Source: Octopus vulgaris
Lineage: Eukaryota
Assembly: GCA_951406725.2 (NCBI GenBank)
Contig: OX597817.1
Span: 11,966,001-12,030,000 of the forward strand
Length of the DNA stretch: 64,000 bases
Direction: 5' to 3'
In this document: piece after piece, positions 1-12,842 of the stretch
How positions within the stretch are numbered: position 1 is the stretch's first letter
Layout: each line of letters starts with the position of its first letter
Translations under genes and position numbers: made by a program
Notes under the pieces: generated by a model
Database searches by the model: none
The model's input: the letters and a program-made list of their open reading frames with translations, nothing else
Told to the model about the DNA's origin: nothing

Positions 1-164
1 AGAAGAAGAAGAAGAAGAAGAAGAAGAAGAAGAAGACAGCAGCTGCAGGCCTAAGAGAAGGAGGAAAAGGAAGAGGAGCAAGAAGAAAAGGAGGGTGAAA
101 GTGAGGAAGTAACGAAGTAACAAAGTCTTGAGAGCCAACGACAAACCACGTTTGCTAGATCATG

Positions 165-290
165 TTGAATCAATTCAGTTCGAGTTCAAACTCCACCTGC
201 GGTGAGATCAGCCACTTGGAATACACCAGGCAAGTACTGCGTTCGATTTCACCAATTGTGCCCTTTTCCAAAACTGTTCTGGCCATTGCT
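165..290 (+). mobile_element. Highly decayed Meta-domain SINE (family B) fragment
   Basis: ttcgagttcaaactccacc..., aagtactgcgttcgat resemble the B-box and Meta domain of intact family B copies in the window. Confidence 0.45.
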
Positions 291-655
291 GTCTTTAAAG
301 TTGTCGTTGCCCTATTTTGTTGTTACCGTTGTATTGTTGTTGTAGTAGAAGTAGTTGTTGTTGTTGTTGTTGATAATGAGATAATGATGATGATGATGAT
401 GATGATGATGTAGTTTTTGTTGCTGTTATTAATATTGTTATTGCAAATTATGTTCACGCGTTTAGGAAAAAAAAAAGAAGTTGAAAAGAGAGCGTCAACC
501 ACCGCCGGTGGTCTCTGCTAGCAACAAGATCCTTGAAAACAAAAACAAATTTTAAAAAAAAAACGGGAAAACTTCAGTTTGTTGCTAATGCAATTCTACA
601 TATCATAACATGCATTCTTACATGCTTTTTCTTCACGCGAACGCGTCAAGACATA

Positions 656-658
<3 letters not shown>

Positions 659-733
<75 letters not shown>

Positions 734-997
734 TTCAGACACAATCAATCCCTCTCACACACACACACACACACACACATGTATATATACGCAGAGACAC
801 ACGGAAAACTTATTCTGTTTCCCCTTTTCACTCTTTCTCGGCCCTTATTCTTCCTCCCTCCCTTTCACACACATTCTCTCTCATCTTCTTTCTTGTTTCT
901 CTTTCATATCTGTGTAGATGTATGCCTGTATATGAAATACATGCACAGACATGTCTGCTCGTCCGTCTATCTGTCTCTCTGTCTGTCTGTCTATATG

Positions 998-1051
<54 letters not shown>

Positions 1052-1105
1052 CATACATACATATATACATATATATATGTGTGTGTTTATATACATGTGA
1101 ATATA

Positions 1106-1149
<44 letters not shown>

Positions 1150-1170
1150 TATGTTTATATATATATATGC

Positions 1171-1210
<40 letters not shown>

Positions 1211-1365
1211 GCATATATATATATATATATATACATGTATCCATATACATGTATATACTTACATGTATATCTATATATCTTTATATATATATATATACGT
1301 ATATATATGCATACATGCATACATAATCATACGTATATAATGATTATATATATTTTTTATATATA
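659..1365. repeat. Compound (TA)n/(CA)n microsatellite block
   Basis: Directly visible; explains the YI-rich ORFs. Confidence 0.95.
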
Positions 1366-1615
1366 GTTGGCTCTGTGTGTGCCACTATATGTTGCCTCTG
1401 TGTGTGTGTGTGTGTGTGTGTGCATGTGTGTGTGTTTGTGTTTGAGAGAAAGAGAGTGCGTGTGCGTATGTCTGTATAGCCTTTCTGTATATTTGGGTGT
1501 ATTCCTCACTTCTCCTGTCTGTCTTTTTCTTTAACTCCTTTTCCTATCTCTTCTGTTTTTCACTTTCTATTTCTTCATCATCCTCTTATTTAACTTGTAA
1601 CTGTTGTTCTTGCAG

Positions 1616-1999
1616 TTGTCGTCATCAGAAAGGCTGGTGAAGGGGAACTTAAATCTTTTTTCGTTAATTTGTAAACATGCCAAAAGTCTCTGGCGTGCGG
1701 AGGCGATTTCTGCATGAAAGCGAATATACAAACAAGCTTGCGGTGAGCCAAGACATTTACACAAACATATCGTACACCAGAAATTACACAGCTCAAATAA
1801 CATACAGGGGGTCCCGATTGTTTTTAAGTGGGTGGGGCCTTTAGTCGAAGTCCCGCAATAAAGCTTGATACTGGATGGTTATGTAGCGGTTACAAGACTA
1901 ACACAGAATGAGATGATTCTGTGAGATGGTACCGCTGTCATAACAAAGGGAACACACGCATCATGTTTGATCTACTAGGCTAGAAGATGAACAGGAAAG
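1616..1999 (+). other. Candidate spliced exon (donor at 1743 or 2000)
   Basis: ~110-nt pyrimidine tract, TTAAC branch-like motif, ttcttgcag acceptor ending 1615; AAACATG at 1677; donors CG/GTGAGC and AAG/GTATGA; no protein homology recognised. Confidence 0.3.
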
Positions 2000-2099
2000 G
2001 TATGAATTATTCGTTAAAACCAAATATATATAGCGTTGACATACAATACAGTTAATTGATATTTGTGAATAGAAAACATAAATTCTAATTAATATAAAG

Positions 2100-2280
2100 T
2101 GGCATCAAGGAGGGCAGAATGCTTGGCAGCATTTCGTCCGTCTTTACGTTCTGAGTTTAAATTCCGTGAGGTCGACTTTGCCTTTCATTCTTTCGGAGTT
2201 GAGCATTACCGTCGATGTAATCGACTTAACCCCCACTCTCACTCGCAAAATTGTTGCCCTTGTTCCAAAATTTGAAACCG
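2100..2280 (+). mobile_element. Meta-domain SINE (family B), older copy
   Basis: ttctgagtttaaattcc-gaggtcgactttgcctttcattctttcgg...tcgatgtaatcgact. Confidence 0.8.
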
Positions 2281-2529
2281 GTTGAAGTGACATTGAAAGG
2301 TAAATTTCCACTTCGTAGACACATTAATTCATGGCGGTTGATATACTGTGCTTAGGGTCCCAAACAGATAGAGGTGAACATGATGCACCATAGGAAGTTC
2401 TTAAATGGTGGCCAAACGGTTATGACAAACATTTTTGCTGTTAAAATAAATTATACTGTACCAAAGCCTACTTGAGATACAAGTGTTCGTAAAACGTCAG
2501 AAACACGGACACACACATTTTTATATTAT

Positions 2530-2762
2530 ATATTTCTTTATTGCCCACAGGGGGCTAAACACAGAAGGGACAAACAAGTACAGATAAAGGGCTTAAGTCG
2601 GTTACATCGACCCCAGTGCGTAACTGGTACTTAATTTATCGACCCCGAAAAGATGAAGGGCAAAGTCGACCTCGGCGGAATTTGAACTCAGAACGTAACG
2701 GCAGACGAAATACGGATACGCATTTCGCCCGGCGTGCTAACGTTTCTGCCAGCTCGCCGCCT
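2530..2762 (-). mobile_element. Meta-domain SINE (family B), full length
   Basis: Minus strand GGCGGCGAGCTGGCAGAAACGTTAGC head, GAGTTCAAATTCC B-box, Meta domain, CCCCTGTGGGCAATAAAGAAATA tail. Confidence 0.9.
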
Positions 2763-2814
2763 TTTACATGTTTATATTATATTGTATTATATCATATTTT
2801 GTTAATGATTCAGA

Positions 2815-3180
2815 TAAAGTTATTAGTGACGTTTCTTCCGACTCTTTACGTTCTGAGTTTAAATGCCACTGAAGTCGAATTTGCCTTTCATCCTTTTGGA
2901 GTCGATAAAATAATTGAGCCCTTGAATCGATGTAATGGACTAGTCCTCGCCCCGCAAATTTAGTAGAAAGGGTCATATTATCTTACATTAGAGCGTCGGA
3001 CAACAATTTTCGTGGTATTTCTACCGACATTTTTCCTTTAGAGTTCAAATCTACAAAGATCAACTTTACCATTTATCCCTCAGTAGGTAGATAAAATAAG
3101 GTACCCGTCTAGTACGGAAGTCGATGAAATGGACTGTCCCCTTCCCCTCAAAGCTGCTGGCCATGCATCTGAATTAGAAA
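2815..3180 (+). mobile_element. Two decayed family B SINEs in tandem
   Basis: Two degenerate B-box plus Meta-domain matches (about 2850-2940 and 3040-3135). Confidence 0.65.
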
Positions 3181-3379
3181 TAAATATATTTTATTATATT
3201 ATGTTAGCGAAAATATTAGAAATAAATTAACTGTTCAGTTAGTATAACAGCCCTATATCCCATCGTGATTAGTCATATTGGTACAATACAGCTTCAGTAC
3301 TTTTAGAGATAGCAGACCAACATCTGTGGGAAAAACTGAGTTCGGTAAATTCTAGAAGGTTGACGTTCTGAAGGTTAAA

Positions 3380-5050
3380 AAGAAAAAAAAAGAAAAAGTA
3401 AAATATCGGTTAGTGGGTGAGACAATATTGGTGACAAAAGTAAAATAAACTGGTGTGTCGGATGAGTTTGAACGGAGGTGATATGCAACTTGACACGTTC
3501 AGAATAGCAGAGAAAGGGCTCATTATGGAAGCGGCAGAGTGATTGCACAATACGTATGTGGTGTCGAGTTGAATTGTCTTGGTGAGTGTATGTCAATTAA
3601 ACCGATGGCTTTATTTTGGATACAATCTAGGATATTTGTGCGAGCAGTTGGAATACCATCACAGATAACGGTGTTCCAATATTGGCGGCGAGCTGGCAGA
3701 AACGTTAGCACGCTGGGCGAAATGCGTAGCCCTATTTCGACTGCCGTTGCGTTCTGGGTTCAAATTCCGCCGAGGTCGACTTTGCCTTTCATCCTTTCGG
3801 GGTCGATAAATTAAGTACCAGTTACGCACTGGGGTCGATATAATCGACTTAATCCGTTTGTCCGTCCTTGTTTGTCCCTTCTATGTTTAGCCCCTTGTGG
3901 GTAGTAAAGAAATAGATAACGGTGTTCCAATATTTGTCCCATTGCTTTGAATATTTAGTATTGTCTCATTGGTTTCAACTATTCAAACCTGAGGTATTTT
4001 CTAATCGTAAAGAATAAGGCCAGTTTACAGGCAGTTGGTTTTGTTTTTATGAATGAGACATCGTTAGGAGAAAACGCAAAAAAAAATGTGAAGGTAGCAC
4101 TTGTATGAATTATTATTGCTTTATGTAAAAGAATAGTTCAGTTGATTCCACTTTTACTGTCCACGGTAGTATTGTATAAGACAGACGTTTGCAACTGTCT
4201 CATGTAGCTAATATATTTAATATATTTATGCAGTGACGATTAAAATCTATGGATATACCCCGGAGTAAAATTTAATGTCTAAGAAGATTGTTTCCTGCTC
4301 AGCAATTTCGAGAGGGTCAAAAAGAAACCCACTAGTTTTCATAGATATGGTGAAGTTTGACCTCTTAGCCGTCTTGAGGTGATATGGACGGAAGCGTCGA
4401 ATAGTATGTGGTTATGTGGTATGTGACTTTGTTTAGGTAGTTGTCGGACGATCTGGTATGTGCAAAAATTGGTAGTTTGCTAGAGTTTTGTTTGGATGTT
4501 GATAAAGAGATTAAGGGTGTTGAAATTGTGATGATGAGGGATACATGTGGGAGATGATAGAAAGATTAAGATTTTGAAAGTTTAGGATAGCCAGAGATTC
4601 AGTTTCTGATTCAGCAACATCTGTATGAGATGAGCGCGAGAGCAAGGTTTGGTGACTTTGAAGTCGCCAATGATGATGACTTCAGAAAGGAGTGGAATAA
4701 GATGCAGAATGAGATATGCAGTATTAGTTGTTAGCTGCTGAGGAATTTCGGAGAGAGGTAAATGAAATAAAAGAATTTAGAATAGTGATGTGGGTAGACT
4801 ATCCACCAAATTAATTGGACATCTTTGTTGTTAATCTAGTTAGGAGAAGTTAGTGATGGATTCTACATATGAGCAGACATCACCTTTCCGAGGTGAACTT
4901 GTGGATTAGAGACAGATGTGGGATGTATAATGGTTGGAAGATATGCAGCTCAGAAAAGAACAGGATCTGTGGTTTGTATGATAGTGTGATACGTGGTGGG
5001 TAGTTTAGTTTGTATTAGAGTCCACAAATGATCATATAGAAGAAGAATCG
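3380..5050 (-). mobile_element. Decayed, internally deleted APE-type LINE (CR1/L2/Jockey group)
   Basis: Minus-strand peptides VIIIGDFK (APE GDFN motif, ~4660-4685) and post-RT LDCIQNKAIGLI (~3590-3630); many stops; interrupted by the SINE at 3684. Confidence 0.6.
3684..3913 (+). mobile_element. Meta-domain SINE (family B), full length with 21-bp TSD
   Basis: tRNA-like head, GCCTTTCATCCTTTCGGGGTCGATAAATTAAGTACCAG Meta domain; TSD agataacggtgttccaatatt at 3663-3683 and 3914-3934. Confidence 0.95.
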
Positions 5051-5844
5051 GCAAGTTCATTTATTGTTTTATCCTTAATATTTTAAAATGAGATTTTTTA
5101 TGTTATTTTTTTTGTGGGTAGAATGTTCTTCTCTACCAATATATCTGTGTCCATCCAGTATCTTCGAAGTCAGGTCTCCTCTGAGGCGGTTATTTGGCGA
5201 CTTTTATAAGTTTACAAAACTATCAAAGAGAAAGAAAGAAAGAAAGAAAGGAAATAAAGAAGTAAGGAAGGAAAGAAAAGTATCTGAGGAAAGGGAAGAA
5301 TAAAGAGTTAGGAATAATGGAAGAAGTAGGTAACTTAAAGTAATTGAGTGTAGAATAGATGAGAATTAAACAAAAGTAAACTGGAGGAGATGAAACATTT
5401 CTATGCGAGAGAGCGAGGCAAAGTGGAAGTTAGTATATAATAAGATTCAATTTGCGATCAAGTGACGTTGTAATATATCTCATCTTTCCACTGTTGCCAT
5501 TTATGCCGGCTTCGTACATTCGCTGGCTTTCAAACATCACGAAGCTGTCACTGCTCATATTTCTGCAAGATGTCCCCTTTAAATTCAAGTAAGACCCAGG
5601 TCTTAGCATTTAATGACTTTACATTGTGTTTCCTTCACTATTCTCAATATTTTAATATACACTATATGAATAGAACATCTGCTTTGAGCTTTGACTTTGG
5701 AGCTTTCCATTCCTTCACATTTCACGAGTAAAGATACAAATATTTCTTTTCTGTAGACAGGTAGATGGACACGATTCAGACCAAAAGAACGCATATGATA
5801 CCTCTTATTTCCTCAGTAGCAGGTCAAAGGTAAGATGTCAAATA

Positions 5845-6062
5845 CGAAGGGATGCTGAAAAGTTCCTGGCATTAAGAGTATGGTGAAAGACCTGGTTGGA
5901 GGTCCTGCCTTCTGAGTTCTTTTAAAATGCTTAGATATATTGAAGGACCGCTGCAATAAATGTGTGAATATGAGAGAGAAATATGTTGAATAAAATTATC
6001 ATTAACTGATCCAACTGTATTTTCTTTTACACAAAGTCAGGATCTTTATCAGCACGCCTTCA
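5845..6062 (+). mobile_element. Mariner-derived MITE
   Basis: Imperfect TIRs cgaagggatgctgaaaagttcctggc / gtcaggatctttatcagcacgccttca, TA flanks, internal transposase end DRCNKCVNMREKYVE*. Confidence 0.8.
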
Positions 6063-6169
6063 TAATCTAAAACGGTAGACTGCGCTTAGGACAGTGAATG
6101 GGTAGTTTGTGATACTAAACCGAATAAAAGATTAAGTCTACTTGCTAAGAACAGGAACATTTACACCGG

Positions 6170-6333
6170 TGAGTTTTCACACAGTTTCTGTCTTTAAAAA
6201 TGCCCTCCCAAGGCTTTGGGTCGATGCTAGGTTATATCTAATAGAACTCACTTGGCAAAGATAACGGACAGTGAGATCGAACTTAAAATCCCATAGTTGC
6301 AAAACGTACATCTTTGCCACATACCCATACCTA
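6170..6333 (-). mobile_element. Old family A SINE 5' half
   Basis: Degenerate match to the family A head (cagtttctgtc...caaggctttgggtcg...ccacata). Confidence 0.6.
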
Positions 6334-6797
6334 CATACATAGGTTGGCAAAAACAACTTACTCGTCTACATATCAACTATGAACCACACAAGGTTTCACT
6401 GGTGGTAACAAAGTGGTCAACGAAAACCAGTCAATATTTCTTGTAACTATTAGATTATTACACTTCTGTTTATTACATTGGCTTTGATTCTGAGAGATAA
6501 ACACCCAACCGGAACTAGATTTTCAACTACCACCCCGCCTTTTCGGGTGTTTCCAGTATTACCAAGTGAGAATGGTGGAAAGAGGATAATTGCTAAAACA
6601 CGCCAAAGTGTTTCTGCTATTTGAGATGTGACATGTAAGATATCGGACTGTCTCCAGCGTCACTGTTAGTCCAATCTAATTACACTTGTACACTTGTGTA
6701 TATTCTTTCCTATTTACATTTCACACATGCGCTTGCGTAAATACACACACATATATATACACACACATACATACATGCATCTACCTATATATATACA

Positions 6798-6829
<32 letters not shown>

Positions 6830-7760
6830 CATATGTGTGTGGTGTGTGTATGTATATATATATAATATGTATGTATGCATGTATGTATAAACATGGAAAT
6901 ATATACATACACACACACACATATATGTGTGTGTGTATACATAAATAAATATCAGTAGGTGTGCGTATGTGTATATATGTATACATACATACATATATAC
7001 ATATATATATACACGCATATAGAGAGAGAGAGAGAGAGAGACGCGCGCGCGCATGTGTATGTTTGTTTGTGTGTGTACGTGTGTGTATGCTTGTTTGTGT
7101 GTGCACGTGTGTGCATGTGTGTGTCTGTGAATACATGCATATGAATACATAATGATATATACGATGGTTCGCTCTCAGATTTCTAGACATTCGCATAGCA
7201 TTTTATACTACAACACAGGAAAATAATAACAACGATAACACCTTTATAAGAATGACAATAACAACAACAACAGCAGCAACAACAACAACAACGACGCAAT
7301 AATAACAATTACAACAACAATAACAAAAGCAGTTGAATAGCAAGTGATATATTCAACTCTGTCAAAATGTTTTACTATAAGACATTCTGTTGACATAAGA
7401 ATTGACACATGAGTAGTTTTCTCTGTTTAATTCAAGATTATGTCATTTTATTCAGTGAAACAGGTTACCCACTTAAATATAAACACACTGATACATTTAC
7501 ATGTATGCAACCAATACGTGCACGCACACATACGCACACACACCGTTGTGTATGTATGTGTATATTTGTTTGCTTATGTGTGTTTGTGTAAGTATGTGTG
7601 TGTATGCATGTGTAAATATACATATATATATATGTGTGTGTATGCATGTGTAAATATACATATATATATATGTGTGTGTATGTGTGTATATATGTGCATG
7701 CATGTGTGTGTGTGTTATTGCTGTGTAGACCCCACGTTAGCTTAGATCGAGCACCTAGAT

Positions 7761-7963
7761 CAGTGGTTTCCAACCAGGGTTCCGCCAGTACAGTCCAGGG
7801 GTTCGGCAAGAAGTTACAAAAATGCATACATGTAATTTTTAATTTTTAATTCTCCTGTGCAGATATGTGTGCATAAGACAATTAAATTATTGCACAGGGG
7901 TTCCTCGAGCCAGTGGAATGTTTCCTTGGGGTTCCGCTTCAGCAAAAAGCTTGAAAAGCACTG
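7761..7963. mobile_element. hAT (Charlie-like) MITE
   Basis: TIRs CAGTGGTTTCCAA / TTGAAAAGCACTG; 8-bp TSD acctagat / acctagaa. Confidence 0.85.
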
Positions 7964-8315
7964 ACCTAGAACATAGTGGTACTCGGCGGAACGTTGAGCC
8001 GCTGCACTTTGAACCATCTTCACATTTATATCATAACTGCAGAAGATAAAGCTTGCTTTGGCCTTTTATTCTTCAGGCATTCTTCTTTTTTCGAGCTGTA
8101 TGTTGTTTATAGTTGTGGTCCGTGTATGTACAACGCCTGTTATGATGTGTCGTTCGCTGCTTTGTTCTCTGCAAATAATTTTGATCTGTTTTGAAGCATG
8201 TACTTAATTAATCGTATGAAGCCAATTGTGGATTTTGTGATTTTTCTAAGTTTATCTGTAAGTTATTCTACTTTCTTTATTGTGATGAGCCCATTTTAAT
8301 TTGGAGCTGAGTGCG

Positions 8316-8603
8316 GAGACCCCATTTCGGTCACGAATGACCATGGGATTGCACCTAGAGGCACCTCCGAGGCACCAGTCGCCTATGCATACCAGCCTTC
8401 CCTCTCCATGCTACCAATGTCATCCAAGGGAAAGGCAAAGGCCGATACAGCTTGGAACCAGTGGTGTCGCAACTCATTTCTACAGCTGAGTGAACTGGAG
8501 CAAGGTGAAATAAAGTGTCCTGCTCAAGAACACAACACGCAGCCCAGTCCGGGATTCGAATCCACAACCTCACTGTCGTAAGCTCGACATTCTAACCACT
8601 GAG
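8316..8603 (-). mobile_element. tRNA-derived SINE (family D)
   Basis: Minus strand CTCAGTGGTTAG A-box region, GGATTCGAATCCC B-box, TTGTGTTCTTGAGCAGGACACTT core; tail shared with 16014-16264. Confidence 0.85.
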
Positions 8604-8815
8604 TACATTTTGTATTTTTTACATGCTGTAAATGCCGCAGAAGAATTATCTGTAACTCCAAATATTTTTCCTTGTAGATGTCTCTGTGTGTGTATATGTG
8701 TGCGCGCGCATGTGTATGTATGTATGTAAATATGTATGTATGTATGTATGTAAGAAAAAACAGAATATGAGATGGCTAGTGGTTGTTGTTGATGTGTTGC
8801 TATTGCTGTTGTTAT

Positions 8816-8844
<29 letters not shown>

Positions 8845-8846
<2 letters not shown>

Positions 8847-9800
8847 TTTTGTCAGTGATTTTGTTGGGACTCTTGGAGTCTTGTTATCTGCAGTCTACGG
8901 TACCATGCTATCCGTTCTTTTAAGCTATCTAATAATTTCCTGGTTATTCTGGCCGTGCCAAGGAGGCAAGCCTTTTGTAACAGTTCTACGGGGCACTCTA
9001 TGCCAATTTCCTTTATATTCCTTTATATTCCTCTCATACTGACTTTATCATTATTTGGGACTGTAAAGTCAATTATCTAGCACTTTCTATTCCTTCTATC
9101 TAGCACTTTCTATTCCTTGTCTACTACTGCTAAATCAAGCTTTCTAGCTTCTATTACGCTCTCAGTCTGAAAGTTAAAATCCAACAACATCATACATTTC
9201 TTACTGTTGAGTACTTTACTAGGTCCATGTTCATACCATTTCTCAGTATAGTCAAATCCGAGCTTTCTACATAGCTCCCAGTGGATTATTCTCCTTAGGC
9301 TGTCATGTCTTTTCTTGTATTCTTTCTATGCCAGCATACTACATTCGCTTACTATGTGAATAACACTTCCTTCTTTTGATTTACATAACCTACATGGGGA
9401 ATCTACCTGATTTTTTGCCTATCTTGACTTTTATCCAATTAGTCATCAATGCTTGATCTTGTGCAGCTACTAACAAACTTTCTATCTCCCTTTTCAGTCA
9501 TCATTTCTGTAAGCATAACTAAGTCTCATTATTACTGTTTCCTGCAACTATCTTTGGGAATCTACCACGCAAAGCCTTCTCTTGCCAGTCAGATAACCTT
9601 CCTGTTTTTCTTGTTTTAACTTCATTTGACTTTTTGCTTTCCTTGTCTCCTACTGTTATTCTAGCAGCTCTTTCTTCACTATTGCTTACATAGGAGTTTA
9701 TATCTACTCTAGTTAACTCCACGCAATCTTCTGCTGATATTAACCCTCTACCACCTTCCTTTCTACGTAAGTATAATCTCGTTACGCTTACTCATTGGTA
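8845..9800 (-). mobile_element. R4/Dong-clade non-LTR retrotransposon, 3' part, decayed
   Basis: CRLCKSKEGSVIHIVSEC zinc knuckle, KRHD, DFNFQT..KLDL (restriction-like endonuclease) and ELLQKACLLGTARI C-terminus; 3' end runs into (TAA)n. Confidence 0.9.
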
Positions 9801-9814
9801 ACACTTCTTTACTG

Positions 9815-9932
9815 TTCATGCTTCAAAGAACCTGCAGAGAACTCTTGCAGCTCCAACCAACGATGATTTCTGTCGGTGTTCTATCTTTACCTTTGTTCCA
9901 ATCTTTTTGAGCCATGTTTTTAGTTGGATGTA
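9815..9932 (-). mobile_element. Second R4/Dong C-terminal fragment
   Basis: LKTWLKKIGTKVKIEHRQKSSLVGAARVLCRFFEA*. Confidence 0.7.
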
Positions 9933-10111
9933 TTTCTGTGAATAATTGCATGCATGTGGGAGTGCTTTTAGTATTGACTTTAGCTATCTAAAAATGTAAA
10001 GGCTTCTTCCCAGAAATGTGCGTCAGCTTATGTAAGTGTATGTTTATGTATTTGCATTTGTGTACATAAAAGAGAGAGAGAGAGAGATAGAAAGAAATGT
10101 GTGTGTGTGTT

Positions 10112-10144
<33 letters not shown>

Positions 10145-10491
10145 GCATGCGCACGTGTGTGTATATGTAATATTTTGTGTCTAGCTGTCAATTCTTTCAG
10201 CAAACGATATTCTGGCTTCTCCTTGTTATCAATTTTCTAAATATATCACCATTAACAAGCCATATGGTCTGCATTCATGTATTATAATAATATACGCACT
10301 TTACGTATACAACGAACAGAATAATTCATACGAAAATCACATGTGGACGGATCGCTTCCCCCGCCTTATTCTTTGTCTTTCTCGGTCTCTCTACGTATTT
10401 TCTGTCTATAACTTTCTGCACCTCTCACAAACTCACTCACGCGCAAGCTAAAACACCTATAGTGTATATGTGCATATTAACACATGTATTT

Positions 10492-10566
<75 letters not shown>

Positions 10567-10596
10567 CATGCATACACATATATATATATATATATA

Positions 10597-10978
10597 TACT
10601 CTCTCTTTTTTTTACTCTTTTACTTGTTTCAGTAATTTGACTGCGGCCATGCAGGAGCACCGCCTTTAATCGAGCAACTTGACCCCAGGACTTATTCATT
10701 TGTAAGCCCTGTACTTATTCTATCGGTCTCTTTTGCCGAACCGCTAAGTAACGGAGACGTAAACACACCAGCATCGGTTGTCAAGCAATGCTAGGGGGAC
10801 AAACACAGACACACAAACATACACGCACACACATATACATATACATATACATATATACGACAGGCTTCTTTCAGTTTCCGTCTACCAAATCCACTCACAA
10901 GATGCCACGCAGTAGGACTGAACCCGGAACCATGTGGTTGGTTAGCAAGCTACTTACCACACAGCCACTCCTGCGCCT
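10597..10978 (-). mobile_element. tRNA-derived SINE family A (internal deletion)
   Basis: AGGCGCAGGAGTGGCTGTGTGG head, internal TA/TG tract, CAGCATGGCCGCAGTCAAATGACTGAAAC-type tail ending in GTAAAAGA repeats. Confidence 0.9.
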
Positions 10979-10999
10979 ATATATATATACATACAAATC

Positions 11000-11230
11000 T
11001 GGCGTGGCTGTGTGGTAAGAAGCTTGATTTCCAACTACGTGGTCGCAGGTTCAGTCTCGCTGAGTGGCACTTTGGTCAATTGCATTCTTCTATAGCCTCA
11101 GACAGTCTAAATCCTTGAGAGTGGATTTGGTAGACGGAAACTGAAAGAAGCCCGTCGTTTTGACTGTCTCCTAGCATGTAGATATTACTTGTTACAGGTA
11201 AATTTCTCTTTGTGTTTAAATGTACACTAT

Positions 11231-11278
<48 letters not shown>

Positions 11279-11510
11279 TATATATATTTATGTGTGTTTA
11301 TCTTTGTGTCTGTATTTGTCTCCCACCACCGCTCGACAACCGGTGTTGGAGTGTTTACGTTCCCGTAACTTAGCGGTTCGGCGAAACGGACCGGTAGAAT
11401 AAATAACAGGCTTTAACAAATAAACCCTGTATTCAATTTGTTCAACTAAAACTATTAAAGGTCGTACCCCAGCATAGCCGCAGTCAAAAATTGATCGAAA
11501 CAAGTAAAAC
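11000..11510 (+). mobile_element. Older family A SINE
   Basis: Head 11000-11158 and diverged tail 11290-11510. Confidence 0.8.
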
Positions 11511-11624
11511 ATGGACACACACACATACACACGCACGCACGCGCATACACACACATGTGTGTGTGTGTCTTTTACTTGTTTCGGTCATTTTTGAGAGAAC
11601 GAGAGAGAGAGAGAGAAACACATT

Positions 11625-11840
11625 TTAATACGAGAAGATCGATTGGACAAGCTTTATTACATATCACTATCATTAACAACAATTGTTTCAACGCAACGTT
11701 ATCAGGTGCTAGTTGCTAAATATTACATGAATTATACACAATGTTTGCATTAACATCATTCAACAATAGCTGTATGCATACGCATGAAACAATTGTAGTG
11801 ATTAGTAATGAAGCCTGTTCAATCCATCTTTTCGTGTTAA
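11625..11840. mobile_element. Fold-back Penelope-like pLTR pair with hammerhead remnants
   Basis: ~65-bp inverted arms; GAAACAATTGT stem III motif on minus (11679-11689) and plus (11786-11796). Confidence 0.65.
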
Positions 11841-11985
11841 CATTTTGTTCGATCATACTCTACGGATAGCTGCTGATTTCCACATGTATATCCAGTATTA
11901 GAAGTCTTACTATATGATATTTGGTAGCTGATTGAAAATCAAACAATAAATTTCTTATCCAGATGATATATATTTACATATATAC

Positions 11986-12016
<31 letters not shown>

Positions 12017-12019
<3 letters not shown>

Positions 12020-12420
12020 TCTTTTACTCTTTTACATGTTTCAGTCATTTGACTGCGGCCATGCTGGAGCACCGCCTTTAGTCGAGCAAATCGACCCCGG
12101 GACTTATTCTTTGTAAGCCCAGTACTTATTCTATCGGTCTCTTTTGCCGAAACGCTAAGTGACGGGGACGTAAACACACCAGCATCGGTTGTCAAGCAAT
12201 GCTAGGGGGACAAACACAAACACACACAAATACATACATATATATATACATATATACGACAGGCTTCTTTCAGTTTCCGTCTACCAAATCCACTCACAAG
12301 GCATTGGTCGGCCCGGGGCTATAGTAGAAGACACCTGCCCAAGATGCCACGCAGTGGACTGAACCCGGAACCATGTGGTTGGTTAGCAAGCTACTTACCA
12401 CACAGCCACTCCAGCGCCTA
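12017..12420 (-). mobile_element. SINE family A, full length
   Basis: Complete head, core and tail. Confidence 0.92.
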
Positions 12421-12425
12421 TTGGA

Positions 12426-12545
12426 ATGCTTACAGCACCTAGGTTTCCCAAGCGGTCACCCATCTAAGTACTAACTAGGCTCGATGTTGATTAACTTCGG
12501 TGATGGGACGAGAATCAGTGCTCTCAACGTGATATGGCTGTAAGC
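12426..12545 (-). rRNA. 5S rRNA: 5S rRNA gene copy, probably pseudogene
   Basis: Minus strand GCTTACAGCCATATCACGTTGAGAGCACTGATTCTCGTCCCATCACCGAAGTTAATCAACATCGAGCCTAGTTAGTACTTAGATGGGTGACCGCTTGGGAAACCTAGGTGCTGTAAGC; perfect terminal helix; no oligo-T terminator. Confidence 0.92.
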
Positions 12546-12548
12546 CAA

Positions 12549-12615
<67 letters not shown>

Positions 12616-12842
12616 GCCTACAAAAGCGCAGTACGTGTTTCGTAGCATGGTGTTAAGGCAGAAATAAATTTACACACTCGAGAAATGCACAAAACCTTTC
12701 ATTTACAAGTGTCATTGTTTTATTTCGACTTCTTGTAACTACTGAACAAAGATTGTGCACAAGTTGACTGCTTGCTAAGTTATCCTCACTGCATCCTCAC
12801 CACTTTAGATGATTTTATGAACATCTCTAGCCTTTTCTGAAA

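Noticed and set aside
533-1366. 277-aa ORF and similar YI/HT/CV/YLSI ORFs across the window
   Set aside because: Microsatellites that lack stop codons
1585-1632. Minus-strand CTGATGA as a hammerhead
   Set aside because: No stem II-GAAA-stem III arrangement follows
10788-11018. Recurrent ORFs such as MLGGQTQTH and MTTDAGVFTSP
   Set aside because: Incidental frames within SINE family A, not a gene family
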